Assembly: GCA_041659405.1 (NCBI GenBank)
Contig: JBAZYK010000005.1
Coordinates: 1,796 to 33,795 of the forward strand
Length of the DNA stretch: 32,000 nt
Reading direction: 5' to 3'
Source of the DNA: Candidatus Altimarinota bacterium
GTDB lineage: Bacteria > Patescibacteriota > Gracilibacteria > UBA1369
The notes below the pieces were generated by a model, which saw only the letters and a list, made by a program, of their open reading frames with translations, did not search any database and had not been told where the DNA came from. Made by a program: the position numbers and the translations under genes. This document shows positions 9,001 through 16,484 of the stretch, in pieces. Position 1 is the first letter of the stretch. Each line of letters starts with the position of its first letter.

Positions 9001-10824
9001 TGGATCATTAAAAGGTAAACCATTTCCGGTTTTAGTTTCACGTCCATCAAGGCTGATTCCGGTTTTGGCTTCTTCCGTAGTAATGGAAAGATCCTGAATG
9101 GAACTAAGTGAAATACCATTATTATCATATTTTGACATCCAGAAAGATTTTCCATTAACGGTTGCCTGTAAATTAATTCTGGATGATGGTGGCTTAACTG
9201 TAACCGTAGTGTAAACAATTCCATCAACTGGTTTTTTAGGGTTGTTTTGATCTTCCGGAGCGGCCACTTTTAATTTGACCACATAAGTTCCCGGATTTTG
9301 ATAAATACATTGACTCACAGTACCGGTTTTTTCACCACTGTTATCACCACAACTCCAGGTGAAATTATTATCCGGAATTGTATTGTTATTTGGATCAAGA
9401 CTCTTTAAAGCATCCAAATTAACAACCAGTGGAGCGTTTCCCTGGCTAATATCCGCATGAATTGCACTATAGACAAATTGCAGGTCCTTAACTTTTTCAT
9501 AAAGAGAAGACATATCTTTAACAATTTGGAGCATGGCGGCGTTATCCGGCACACTCTTAAGTGTTGGTAAAGCAGGACTTAAATCCGCTGCATGAACCAC
9601 GTCCACGAAAACCAAAGCTAATCCCTTTAAAATGGAATCCGCCTGACTGTTTAATGAAACGACATTTCCACGAATTATTTCAGATTGAAGATCATTTTTG
9701 TTTACCAATGTTTCAAGATCTCCGGTAACGTTATCAAAACTGGTCTGAATCTCGGGCAAATCGCTGGCCTGCTTGATGCGGGCGGAAAGTTCCGTTAATT
9801 GGCTATAGGCTTTAATAACAGCCTGGGCAAAATCCTGATTATTGGCGCCCATTAAACCGGTTTGTTCAACCGAACCCGGGGCCTGACTTGCCTGATCCAA
9901 AAAGGTATCCGCACCGGCTTCATTTTTAATGTCGTTGGTGTACGTACTGTAATTGGTTTTATACCAAAATTGTTCCCAATAAGTGTTTGGGTCTTTTTCA
10001 CTTGCAACCTCATCGATGGCTTTATCGGAAATCTTTAAATATTTATCATAAACCAGCAACATGTGCTGGGCTTTTTCCGATACCTGACTTAAAGATCCGG
10101 CTTTGACCAGTATGTTATTTAAAATATTCTTTTTATTCTGAAGAGTACTCTTTAATGTTTGTGGTGAGGTGATTTGTTTTTCCAAATCAACATTGATAAG
10201 CGTCAGCACATCTGTACGAATTTCGGAATAATTTTGATACGCGGTAAGAAAATCACGCGCAATCTGCTGAACGGCAATAGCGGCATAATTGAAAAATGCG
10301 CGTCGATCGGAAGTTGAAACTGTTCCGCCAGTGGCAGCTCCGTTAAGTGTATTGTTTTCTTTTCCGCTTGGAGCCTGCAAAACCGTGTTAACAATGGCGA
10401 AAGATCCCATAATAATCAAAAGACCCGTAACGGCATAGGTGATGGACTTTTTACCAACCTCGGTTTTATCTTCCTTGCCCATGGCTGTTACATAAAGCAC
10501 ACCTCCGTAAACAATTACCAAAACGGCAATTAAACCCAAAAAGCCTAGCGCAAAATTGGTTACATTACGAATGTAGTCTCGGGCAGTTGGGGCTTGCGTC
10601 AATGCCGGGGCGTAGCCGGCCGTGTCCGGAGCGGTAAGTCCGCCCTGAAAATTGGTAAAAGTGGTTTGTTCTCCACCGCCGCAAGAAAGAATGCCTTTGG
10701 TGGCATCACTTACGCTGCCGCAGAAATCAAACGCACCTGCCTGCATTGGCATGGTTAAGCTTAAAATCATGCCTAAAGTAAGCATGATTTCCTTTATTTT
10801 TGTGTTTTTCAGGATATTATTCAT
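6061..10824 (-). CDS. VirB2/TrbC-like pilin module fused to a coiled region and ~10 PKD-like domains, with a C-terminal TM anchor
   Basis: 1587 aa; signal peptide MLTLGMILSLTMPMQAGA; two-TM module FALGFLGLIAVLVIVYGGVLYVTAMGKEDKTEVGKKSITYAVTGLLIIMGSFAIVNTVL; repeated WDFGD/WDLGDG/WDFEG motifs; C-term VLVTIAGFGILFVSMRVLKSKKQK. Confidence 0.9.
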   Translation of the reverse strand: MNNILKNTKIKEIMLTLGMILSLTMPMQAGAFDFCGSVSDATKGILSCGGGEQTTFTNFQGGLTAPDTAGYAPALTQAPTARDYIRNVTNFALGFLGLIAVLVIVYGGVLYVTAMGKEDKTEVGKKSITYAVTGLLIIMGSFAIVNTVLQAPSGKENNTLNGAATGGTVSTSDRRAFFNYAAIAVQQIARDFLTAYQNYSEIRTDVLTLINVDLEKQITSPQTLKSTLQNKKNILNNILVKAGSLSQVSEKAQHMLLVYDKYLKISDKAIDEVASEKDPNTYWEQFWYKTNYSTYTNDIKNEAGADTFLDQASQAPGSVEQTGLMGANNQDFAQAVIKAYSQLTELSARIKQASDLPEIQTSFDNVTGDLETLVNKNDLQSEIIRGNVVSLNSQADSILKGLALVFVDVVHAADLSPALPTLKSVPDNAAMLQIVKDMSSLYEKVKDLQFVYSAIHADISQGNAPLVVNLDALKSLDPNNNTIPDNNFTWSCGDNSGEKTGTVSQCIYQNPGTYVVKLKVAAPEDQNNPKKPVDGIVYTTVTVKPPSSRINLQATVNGKSFWMSKYDNNGISLSSIQDLSITTEEAKTGISLDGRETKTGNGLPFNDPTIKNSPVAKVKWDFGDKSNTKNTVEGPPDTISQVQTVKYIKEGSYRVTLEVTDDRGITDRKIFNIVVSSIAARINVTHGNELKLNDQATFDGSASASANSQVKTYDWKIMQLATKGGNSIDLTPPEAKNVDTLKYTFKEPGNYDVSLSVSDGSNDASTVVRIHVVSKPPVAQFSFDNSDKSQPNTYILDGAKSYDPDSSEDIAYRWEFSTAPGNCTYINGKTENDCVLFFKDYSTDKNLSKIKVRLNKGKYTITLSVRDPAEIAKVTTQEQRITVDNDLDVGWGDDGKPITAKLNAGSVDVNFVMSSLNGVSYELDTGDGAKENGSITASPFTVKHTYNKSGSFIAKLMVFDNNNNQNNTIRKVFIASDNIPVAAISLTQDGNDLSDTSSTITANRKTQFVFDAGKSINIDGTGKKLNYSWDLGDGTLSTKKQVTHTFTELTPKDKPYYKITLKVTNQDDATQVSPIDEIHINVATQPPVVQGLTAIPAGTSTTTPVNVNVTANGANDPDGKIVSYRWWYYDIDNPEDQKGLQLSESPNTTIVIGTNGVEGQKKTYGFAVMATDNDNQTFNTQDGLDDSMIPKLAVTNGPNKSPVAKLNVDRTNVMVGDTVSFSSSSTDPDANGSIATYIWDFEGNGFADNVLTNDYNKPNVSYVYTKPYKDGVKVKLKVIDNNGAESISDPVMMYVDAKTAPPVAAFTSQQLDGKKIQFTNNSTADAVNGANLAKYSWDFNLAVDANGDGIKDNDLDSTEQAPTYEYPDYGVFRAKLVVADDQGNQASVINFVNIKAPVLVVTKTQQVTQQIVKPVPVVTPIQQPTQPTQTLQKLEARLTSAPAPSVTDNRIHLQGDSGTVIFNFSDSRGPIKSYIIDKNIYYDSNGNGIKDDDEDYKTTAPGTWTTQFFKSYGQDSVKLTVVDDKGTKSSVIKDIVFDVPNAPIKSQLGVDIFAGTNSNEIPGVLVTIAGFGILFVSMRVLKSKKQK

Positions 10825-10885
10825 AGTTTTTGTTTTTATTTATCATATTATTTTAGCATAAAATCCACTTTTCTTTAAGGGCTAA

Positions 10886-11914
10886 TTAAAGACCCGGGTT
10901 TGTGGGCAAACTTGCCGGCGAACTTGAGCCGGCTTTTTCGGAGCCGGTGGTCGGTTGCAGGGTTACAACGGTGTTCACAATTCCAAAAGCAGCCATGGCC
11001 AATAAAAGACCTATGGTAGCCCCAATAAAGACTTTCTTGGCTTTAGCGGTGTTATCTTCTTTACCAAAAGCAATAACATAAAGGTAACCTCCATAAATGA
11101 ACATAATTGCTGCGACAGTTGCGGCGAATCCGGAAATAAAATTGGTTAATTTTACCACAAATTGCGCGGCGACTACGGTATTTGGCAGTGTTTTTCCCTG
11201 ACTTGGGAAAAGTACATCTTTGATCGCAAATTCGGAAATTCCAATCACAATCAGACCTACAACGGCCCACATAATCTGTTTTTTAACCTTACCCTGAACT
11301 TCTTCATTGCCGGCGCCAATAACCAAACGGAAACCTCCAATTACAATCATCAAAATTGCCAAAGCGGCGGCAAAATATTCCATAAAACTGTAGAAGCCTT
11401 TGATGGTTTCGGTCCCCTGTTTGGCCGCATCTAAAAGCTCCGCCTGGCTGCGATAAATCTCGCCCTGAGCGCCCCAAAATACTTTTACAACCTGATCGGC
11501 AATAATAATAACGAGCAGACCAATAATCGCATATTTAAGGTTTTCTTTTTGTTTATCCGCGATCTGATCAACCTGGCGGCCCGAGGTAATCAGACGAATT
11601 CCGGAAACAATAATCATAAAAATGGCAATAGTGCCCATTACATATTTTGCAAAATCAATCGCATACCAAACGGCGCTTGTGATGTTGCTTGCGCCCGATT
11701 CAATCGAGGCGTTGGCATTGGCGTTGGTGTTGTAAGTGGGAAGTCCAATATTGTTTTCGAGTTGATTTAAAACTCCACCCGGAGACTGAGCATTGGTTTG
11801 GGCATTTGCCGGAACTGTCAGGGTCAAAACAAGGCTGGCCAAAATCAAAAATCCACACAGTGGAATAACTGTTTCTTTTAGAATTTCGCTAATTTTTTGG
11901 ACGAACTTTTTCAT
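10886..11914 (-). CDS. Triple VirB2/TrbC-like (T4SS pilin-like) membrane protein, paralog 1
   Basis: 342 aa; signal peptide plus three modules: IAIFMIIVSGIRLITSGRQVDQIADKQKENLKYAIIGLLVIIIADQVVKVF / LAILMIVIGGFRLVIGAGNEEVQGKVKKQIMWAVVGLIVIGISEFAIKDV / VAAIMFIYGGYLYVIAFGKEDNTAKAKKVFIGATIGLLLAMAAFGIVNTVV. Confidence 0.85.
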   Translation of the reverse strand: MKKFVQKISEILKETVIPLCGFLILASLVLTLTVPANAQTNAQSPGGVLNQLENNIGLPTYNTNANANASIESGASNITSAVWYAIDFAKYVMGTIAIFMIIVSGIRLITSGRQVDQIADKQKENLKYAIIGLLVIIIADQVVKVFWGAQGEIYRSQAELLDAAKQGTETIKGFYSFMEYFAAALAILMIVIGGFRLVIGAGNEEVQGKVKKQIMWAVVGLIVIGISEFAIKDVLFPSQGKTLPNTVVAAQFVVKLTNFISGFAATVAAIMFIYGGYLYVIAFGKEDNTAKAKKVFIGATIGLLLAMAAFGIVNTVVTLQPTTGSEKAGSSSPASLPTNPGL

Positions 11915-11934
11915 TTTTATTTTAAAATTTATTT

Positions 11935-12984
11935 TTATTGACCCGGCAGAGTCCCGCCGGTTGGTTGTGTCACTTGTCCGTTGCCGCTGGTGCCAAAATT
12001 TCCGGAAATAATTGTGCTCACAATGGCAAAAGATCCATACATGATAATAATTCCAACAAGAGCTGAAACAATGATTCTTTTGGCTTTCCCCTGAGTTTCT
12101 TCATTGCCCGCGGAGGCAATATACATAATGCCGCCCGCAACCAGAGCTATGATGGCGATAGGGCTAACGATACTTAAAACCATGTTGGTGAATCCCACCA
12201 ATTCACTTACGCCCTGAGCGGGATTGAATGATGGCGCCGCTCCTCCAACAGTGGGGTAACGTGTAACATCAACTTTGTAGAAGACGTTGTTGATAATCGG
12301 ATCGGCAATAATAATCAAGAATAAGCCCAGCGCGCCATAAGCAAGGTTCTTTTTATCCAGGGCAATTTTGTCTTCCGCGCTGCCCATTGCAATCATGCGC
12401 ATGCCACTTCTGACAACGAAAAAAACCGAAATCGCGCCAATAAGATATTTGATGAAAGTTACGATAAATTTGGCTTTTTGGTCAAAAATAGTCACCGAAC
12501 GGATAATCGCATTTGGGTCTTTTAAAAAGCCTCCCTGCGTACAGGCAAGTCCGGAAAAGTCCTTACCGTTTTCACAATAAACCGAGAAAATACGGGCAAG
12601 ATCTCCGGAAAACCCAACAACCGCCAAGCCGATTATGCCGTAAATGATGGTCGATCTTTGCTTGGTATAAACTTCTTCATTTCCGCCGCCAATAACCATT
12701 CTGATGCCGGCATAGACGATTAAGCCTACAGCAACAGCTCCCAAAAGATAGCGCACGTTTTGGATAACGCTTAAGGCTAAGCTAAAAACTTGAGCGGAAG
12801 CACTGCCTTGCGCCGGAGCCTGCAAGCCGCTGTAGCCCGGCGTGGAAATACTTGGCAAAGGCAAAGTGGTGGTGGTCTTTGCGTTTTCGGCTAAAGCTAA
12901 AGGCATACTCGCAGTTAATACAACCGCTAAAGTTGCGCTAAAAATTGCCAATTTGACCAAGAATTTGTTTATTTTTTTGAGCAT
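11935..12984 (-). CDS. Triple VirB2/TrbC-like (T4SS pilin-like) membrane protein, paralog 2
   Basis: 349 aa; signal peptide plus modules: VAVGLIVYAGIRMVIGGGNEEVYTKQRSTIIYGIIGLAVVGFSGDLARIF / ISVFFVVRSGMRMIAMGSAEDKIALDKKNLAYGALGLFLIIIADPIINNVF / IAIIALVAGGIMYIASAGNEETQGKAKRIIVSALVGIIIMYGSFAIVSTII. Confidence 0.85.
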   Translation of the reverse strand: MLKKINKFLVKLAIFSATLAVVLTASMPLALAENAKTTTTLPLPSISTPGYSGLQAPAQGSASAQVFSLALSVIQNVRYLLGAVAVGLIVYAGIRMVIGGGNEEVYTKQRSTIIYGIIGLAVVGFSGDLARIFSVYCENGKDFSGLACTQGGFLKDPNAIIRSVTIFDQKAKFIVTFIKYLIGAISVFFVVRSGMRMIAMGSAEDKIALDKKNLAYGALGLFLIIIADPIINNVFYKVDVTRYPTVGGAAPSFNPAQGVSELVGFTNMVLSIVSPIAIIALVAGGIMYIASAGNEETQGKAKRIIVSALVGIIIMYGSFAIVSTIISGNFGTSGNGQVTQPTGGTLPGQ

Positions 12985-13014
12985 ACCGACAAAATACGCT
13001 TAATAAATCTATTT

Positions 13015-13042
13015 ATTATACCAGACAATGGGTCTTTGTGAA
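13015..13042 (-). promoter_or_regulatory. Candidate sigma70-type promoter for the pilin/PKD block
   Basis: Minus strand TTCACA-N16-TATAAT, 30 bp upstream of the ATG at 12984. Confidence 0.6.
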
Positions 13043-13084
13043 AGGCAAAGAGCGCGAAACTTGCTCACAGCTTTTTCAGGTGGT

Positions 13085-13222
13085 TTTCCGGAGGGAATGG
13101 CTTCTTGGCGAACGCTTCGCCTGTTCGCTGCGGCTACCATGTACGCCTCCGCGAAGGTCTCGCATCATGATGCTCGACCGGCTGCGCTCGCAATGTCGCC
13201 AAGAAGCCATTCCCTCCGGAAA
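13085..13222. repeat. Inverted-repeat intergenic element (27-bp perfect arms, ~84-bp interior), REP/MITE-like
   Basis: tttccggagggaatggcttcttggcga (13085-13111) is the exact reverse complement of tcgccaagaagccattccctccggaaa (13196-13222). Confidence 0.85.
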
Positions 13223-13347
13223 CTTGGAGAAACCTGTGGGCAAGGACGTAGTATTTGCAAAACGCTATTTTCTCAAAATCTTTGTATATTTAACTTGTTT
13301 TTAGTAGGATGGGCCCCTGATTGCGCTTGGATTCTAATAAATTATTT

Positions 13348-13638
13348 ATGGCATTTGAAAATGCTCCAAAAGATTTGCTTGTAATAAAAAAAGTCATGGA
13401 AGAAGAAGTAATGCCTGCAATTAAAGAAAAAAGGTACTTCGTCGCCCAAATGGAAATAGGAAATATCCTTGGTGGAGTAGATCAAGATCTGGTGAGAGAC
13501 GAACATTGTGGCATGGGCTTAATTGCAAGTCTAAAAGCTTTAGAAAAGGCGTTGAAAAAAGAAAAAGTTGATCAACTTGAAGGTGGAATATTAAGAGTTA
13601 GGGCTTATTTAGCCCAAGCGTTGATGTATTATCGGTAA
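13348..13638 (+). CDS. Hypothetical protein, 96 aa (TTG start at 13321 also possible)
   Basis: MAFENAPKDLLVIKKVMEEEVMPAIKEKRYFVAQMEIGNILGGVDQDLV...; helical composition, uninterrupted ORF. Confidence 0.55.
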   Translation: MAFENAPKDLLVIKKVMEEEVMPAIKEKRYFVAQMEIGNILGGVDQDLVRDEHCGMGLIASLKALEKALKKEKVDQLEGGILRVRAYLAQALMYYR

Positions 13639-13861
13639 AGATTTGTTTTAATGCCGCGCAACAATATCCGACCAGCTAGTCCATGCGTTGGCGTGGCCTT
13701 TCTCCTTGAATAACACGTAGTTTTTTTGAAAAAAGCGGTTTTTCTAAAATCCGCTTGAAAAGCTTGGGGGATGTTTGTATACTGGCATTCGGGTTTGGGC
13801 CGAGCTTTTTAAAGGTGTGGTCGTCTCAATAATTACTATCATTTCTTTTGTCTAAATCAAC

Positions 13862-14197
13862 ATGAAACGTTTTATAGAAGCCACTAAAAACTATTTTCAG
13901 GACAGTTATCAGGAATTAAAAAAGGTAACCTGGCCAACTCGTAATAAGGCTATTCGTCTGACATTGATTGTTTTGGGTTTTTGTTTAGTTGCAGCCATTG
14001 TAATGGGTGCTTTAGATCTTACTTTTAATACAGGTTATCGTTATTTGGTTGATTATGCTGCAAAAGTTGCTCCAGCTCCGGCTCAGGTTGAACAAACCGC
14101 TCCATCAACTCCATTAAGCGCAGAGGGATCACCAATTACAATAGCTCCGGGGTCAGTTAAGGTTGATGCTGTTCCGGCTACAACTCCTACAAAATAA
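13862..14197 (+). CDS. secE: Preprotein translocase subunit SecE
   Basis: FQDSYQELKKVTWPTRNKAIRLTLIVL motif followed by a TM; directly upstream of nusG. Confidence 0.93.
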   Translation: MKRFIEATKNYFQDSYQELKKVTWPTRNKAIRLTLIVLGFCLVAAIVMGALDLTFNTGYRYLVDYAAKVAPAPAQVEQTAPSTPLSAEGSPITIAPGSVKVDAVPATTPTK

Positions 14198-14223
14198 TAA
14201 TTAATTTTCTTTTTCTTTAGATT

Positions 14224-14769
14224 ATGGCAAAGCAAGCCAAAGGTACAGGCAGACACTGGTATGTGGTTCACACTTATTCCGGTTATGAAGATGCAGTTCG
14301 TGAAGCACTTTTGCAACGTATTGAATCGCTTAATATGCAGGATTTGATTTTTGATGTTGTCGTTCCAAAAGAGACTCAAATTGTGATCAAAAAAGGCGAG
14401 CCTAAACAGGAAAAGAGACGTATTTTTCCGGGTTATGTTTTAGTTGATATGACTGTAACCGATGATTCTTGGTATGTAGTTCGAAATACACCAAACGTAA
14501 CCGGTTTCGTTGGCTCCGGTACAACACCTGTTCCGGTTTCGGAAGAAGAATTTAAGCTGATTAAAAGACACATGGGTGAAAATGAACCAAAGTTCAAAAT
14601 CGATTTTGCGGTTGGCGATCATGTTATTATTTTGGATGGACCTTTTGTCAATTACGATGGTGTTGTCAATAAAGTTGATGAAGAAAAAGGTAAAGTTAAA
14701 GTTCTCATTAGCATTTTCGGACGTGAAACGCCTGTTGAACTTGATTTCACCCAGGTCAAAAAGAAATAA
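14224..14769 (+). CDS. nusG: Transcription termination/antitermination protein NusG
   Basis: WYVVHTYSGYEDAVREALLQRIE, FPGYVLVDM, VRNTPNVTGFVG, KOW-like GDHVIILDGPFVNYDGVV. Confidence 0.97.
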   Translation: MAKQAKGTGRHWYVVHTYSGYEDAVREALLQRIESLNMQDLIFDVVVPKETQIVIKKGEPKQEKRRIFPGYVLVDMTVTDDSWYVVRNTPNVTGFVGSGTTPVPVSEEEFKLIKRHMGENEPKFKIDFAVGDHVIILDGPFVNYDGVVNKVDEEKGKVKVLISIFGRETPVELDFTQVKKK

Positions 14770-14771
14770 TC

Positions 14772-15500
14772 ATGAACAAATCCAACTTATTCACGCTTTT
14801 TTTGGCTGGAGTATTGGTTGTCATCGGCTCGGAACTTTTGGTGGATGATTATTTAAAAACGCCCGTTTTAAAAAATTCTCAAGCGGATGTTTTGGATGTA
14901 GGGGCGGCGACCACTCAGGGAAGCGCAAACGCGCAGACTAAAGGAACGCAAGCTCTTTCGACCTTAGCGCAAACCGCGAAAACCGCGAATGTGCAAAATG
15001 CCCAGGTTGCTCCTGCGCAAACTACTACCGGGCAAATCGCTCAGATTTCCGCTTTGCAAAACCAAGAGGCCGGTGGCCCGCAGATCACCTTTTCCATGAT
15101 AATAAAGGCGGGTTTTGCTCAAACTACCCTGCAGCGTGCCCCATTTACCGGCATGCTTTTTGATACGATCGATCTTCAAAACTCTTTGTCCGTACCGGTT
15201 TTGCAGCAATATCTGTTAAAAAACAATGTGGCGCGGGCGGCGACTTTCTATGAAATCCATCTTCAAAATAAAGAAATGGCCGGCGAGGTTTTCAGCTTAA
15301 TAAAGCAGAAAGCTGCTGCTCAAGCCGGAGCCCTTTTAAACGCTTCAAACGGTTTTGGCGAAGGGTCGTTTTATATCAATTATTTAGATAATACAAATCA
15401 TGCATTTTTAGTTGTCAAAAAGGGATCGAGTGTGTATGCTCTGACTTACGTGAAGGACTACCATCCTTATATCGCCAAGCTTATTCAATTATTACCTTAA
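14772..15500 (+). CDS. Secreted/membrane-anchored hypothetical protein between nusG and rplK
   Basis: 242 aa; N-term [24 protein letters not shown] signal/anchor, A/Q/T-rich linker, C-terminal putative globular region. Confidence 0.75.
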   Translation: MNKSNLFTLFLAGVLVVIGSELLVDDYLKTPVLKNSQADVLDVGAATTQGSANAQTKGTQALSTLAQTAKTANVQNAQVAPAQTTTGQIAQISALQNQEAGGPQITFSMIIKAGFAQTTLQRAPFTGMLFDTIDLQNSLSVPVLQQYLLKNNVARAATFYEIHLQNKEMAGEVFSLIKQKAAAQAGALLNASNGFGEGSFYINYLDNTNHAFLVVKKGSSVYALTYVKDYHPYIAKLIQLLP

Positions 15501-15510
15501 AAAAATCACT

Positions 15511-15936
15511 ATGGCTAAGAAGCTATTAACAATGGTGAAACTGCAGATCCCTGCGGGTAAAGCCAATCCAGCACCTCCAATTGGTCCGGCCTTGGGTCAA
15601 CATGGTGTAAATATCCAGGCTTTCTGTCAGCAATTCAATGCTGCTACAGCAAAAGTTGGCGATACTATTATCCCGGTTGAAATCTCCATTTTTGATGACC
15701 GTACTTTTACGTTCATCATGAAGACTCCTCCAGCTTCAGTCCTTATTTTGAAGGCTTTGAATCTGCCAAAGGGCTCAGGAGTGCCAAACAAGAATAAAAT
15801 CGGTGAACTTACTATGGCTCAGGTAAAAGAAATTGCCGAGAAAAAAATGCCTGATCTTAATGCGAGCGATATTAACGCTGCCATGAAGATTATTGCCGGA
15901 ACTGCAAGAAGTATGGGTGTAACGGTTAAAAACTAA
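15511..15936 (+). CDS. rplK: 50S ribosomal protein L11
   Basis: [36 protein letters not shown]; [12 protein letters not shown]. Confidence 0.98.
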   Translation: MAKKLLTMVKLQIPAGKANPAPPIGPALGQHGVNIQAFCQQFNAATAKVGDTIIPVEISIFDDRTFTFIMKTPPASVLILKALNLPKGSGVPNKNKIGELTMAQVKEIAEKKMPDLNASDINAAMKIIAGTARSMGVTVKN

Positions 15937-15954
15937 TAATTAGAATTAATTATT

Positions 15955-16422
15955 ATGGCTACAGCATCTCAATCTATTGAAGCTCCCGGTAAAAAAAGTC
16001 ATCGAATTATTCGCAACATTTATCTTTATCTGGTTGCGATGATTGGGTTGATAACTCTGGTTATCGGCTTGGTTGGGATCATTAACAATGTTCTTCAAAA
16101 TTACGTTTTCCAGGTTAATGACAATATCTACAGTACACCTGTTCCTTATCCGGGTATGAAAAATGGTGGATGTGATCAATCTTATCCTGATCCAACTGAT
16201 ACAACCGGCAAAAAACTGATTACACCAACTGCGCAAGAGGTTCAAAAATGTGACCAGGTATTAAAAGATCAGCAGGAACAAAATCGTCGTAATAACATTG
16301 GTAGAGAATTTTCGATTTCCATCGCTCAAATTATGATTGGATTTCCTTTATGGCTCTATCATTGGGGCGTGATCCAAGCCGAGTATAAGCGCAAAGAAGA
16401 AGAAACCACCAAGAAGAAATAA
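15955..16422 (+). CDS. Hypothetical two-TM membrane protein between rplK and rplA
   Basis: 155 aa; TMs IYLYLVAMIGLITLVIGLVGIINNVL and ISIAQIMIGFPLWLYHWGVI, KRKEEETTKKK tail. Confidence 0.8.
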   Translation: MATASQSIEAPGKKSHRIIRNIYLYLVAMIGLITLVIGLVGIINNVLQNYVFQVNDNIYSTPVPYPGMKNGGCDQSYPDPTDTTGKKLITPTAQEVQKCDQVLKDQQEQNRRNNIGREFSISIAQIMIGFPLWLYHWGVIQAEYKRKEEETTKKK

Positions 16423-16440
16423 TATTTAAAATATTTAATT

Positions 16441-16470
16441 GTGGGAGGCCTCGAAAGCCGTTATCACCAC
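16441..16470 (+). promoter_or_regulatory. Candidate ribosomal-protein L1 autoregulatory leader upstream of rplA
   Basis: GTGGgaGGCctcgaaaGCCgttatcaCCAC: outer 4-bp and inner 3-bp stems with an asymmetric internal loop, 15 nt before the rplA ATG. Confidence 0.45.
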
Positions 16471-16484
16471 GCAACAAATTCTAT

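Noticed and set aside
10886-12984. Classical conjugative T4SS
   Set aside because: No VirB4, VirB6, VirB8-10, VirD4 or relaxase in the window; only pilin-like modules are present.
13028-13384. ORF of 118 aa (and overlapping 13038-13304, 88 aa)
   Set aside because: Both are read through the inverted-repeat element 13085-13222 and have Arg/Cys-rich composition with no recognisable motif; likely spurious.
13640-13860. tRNA gene upstream of secE (common in many bacteria)
   Set aside because: No cloverleaf with a GTTCNANNC T-arm and matching acceptor stem could be found by eye.
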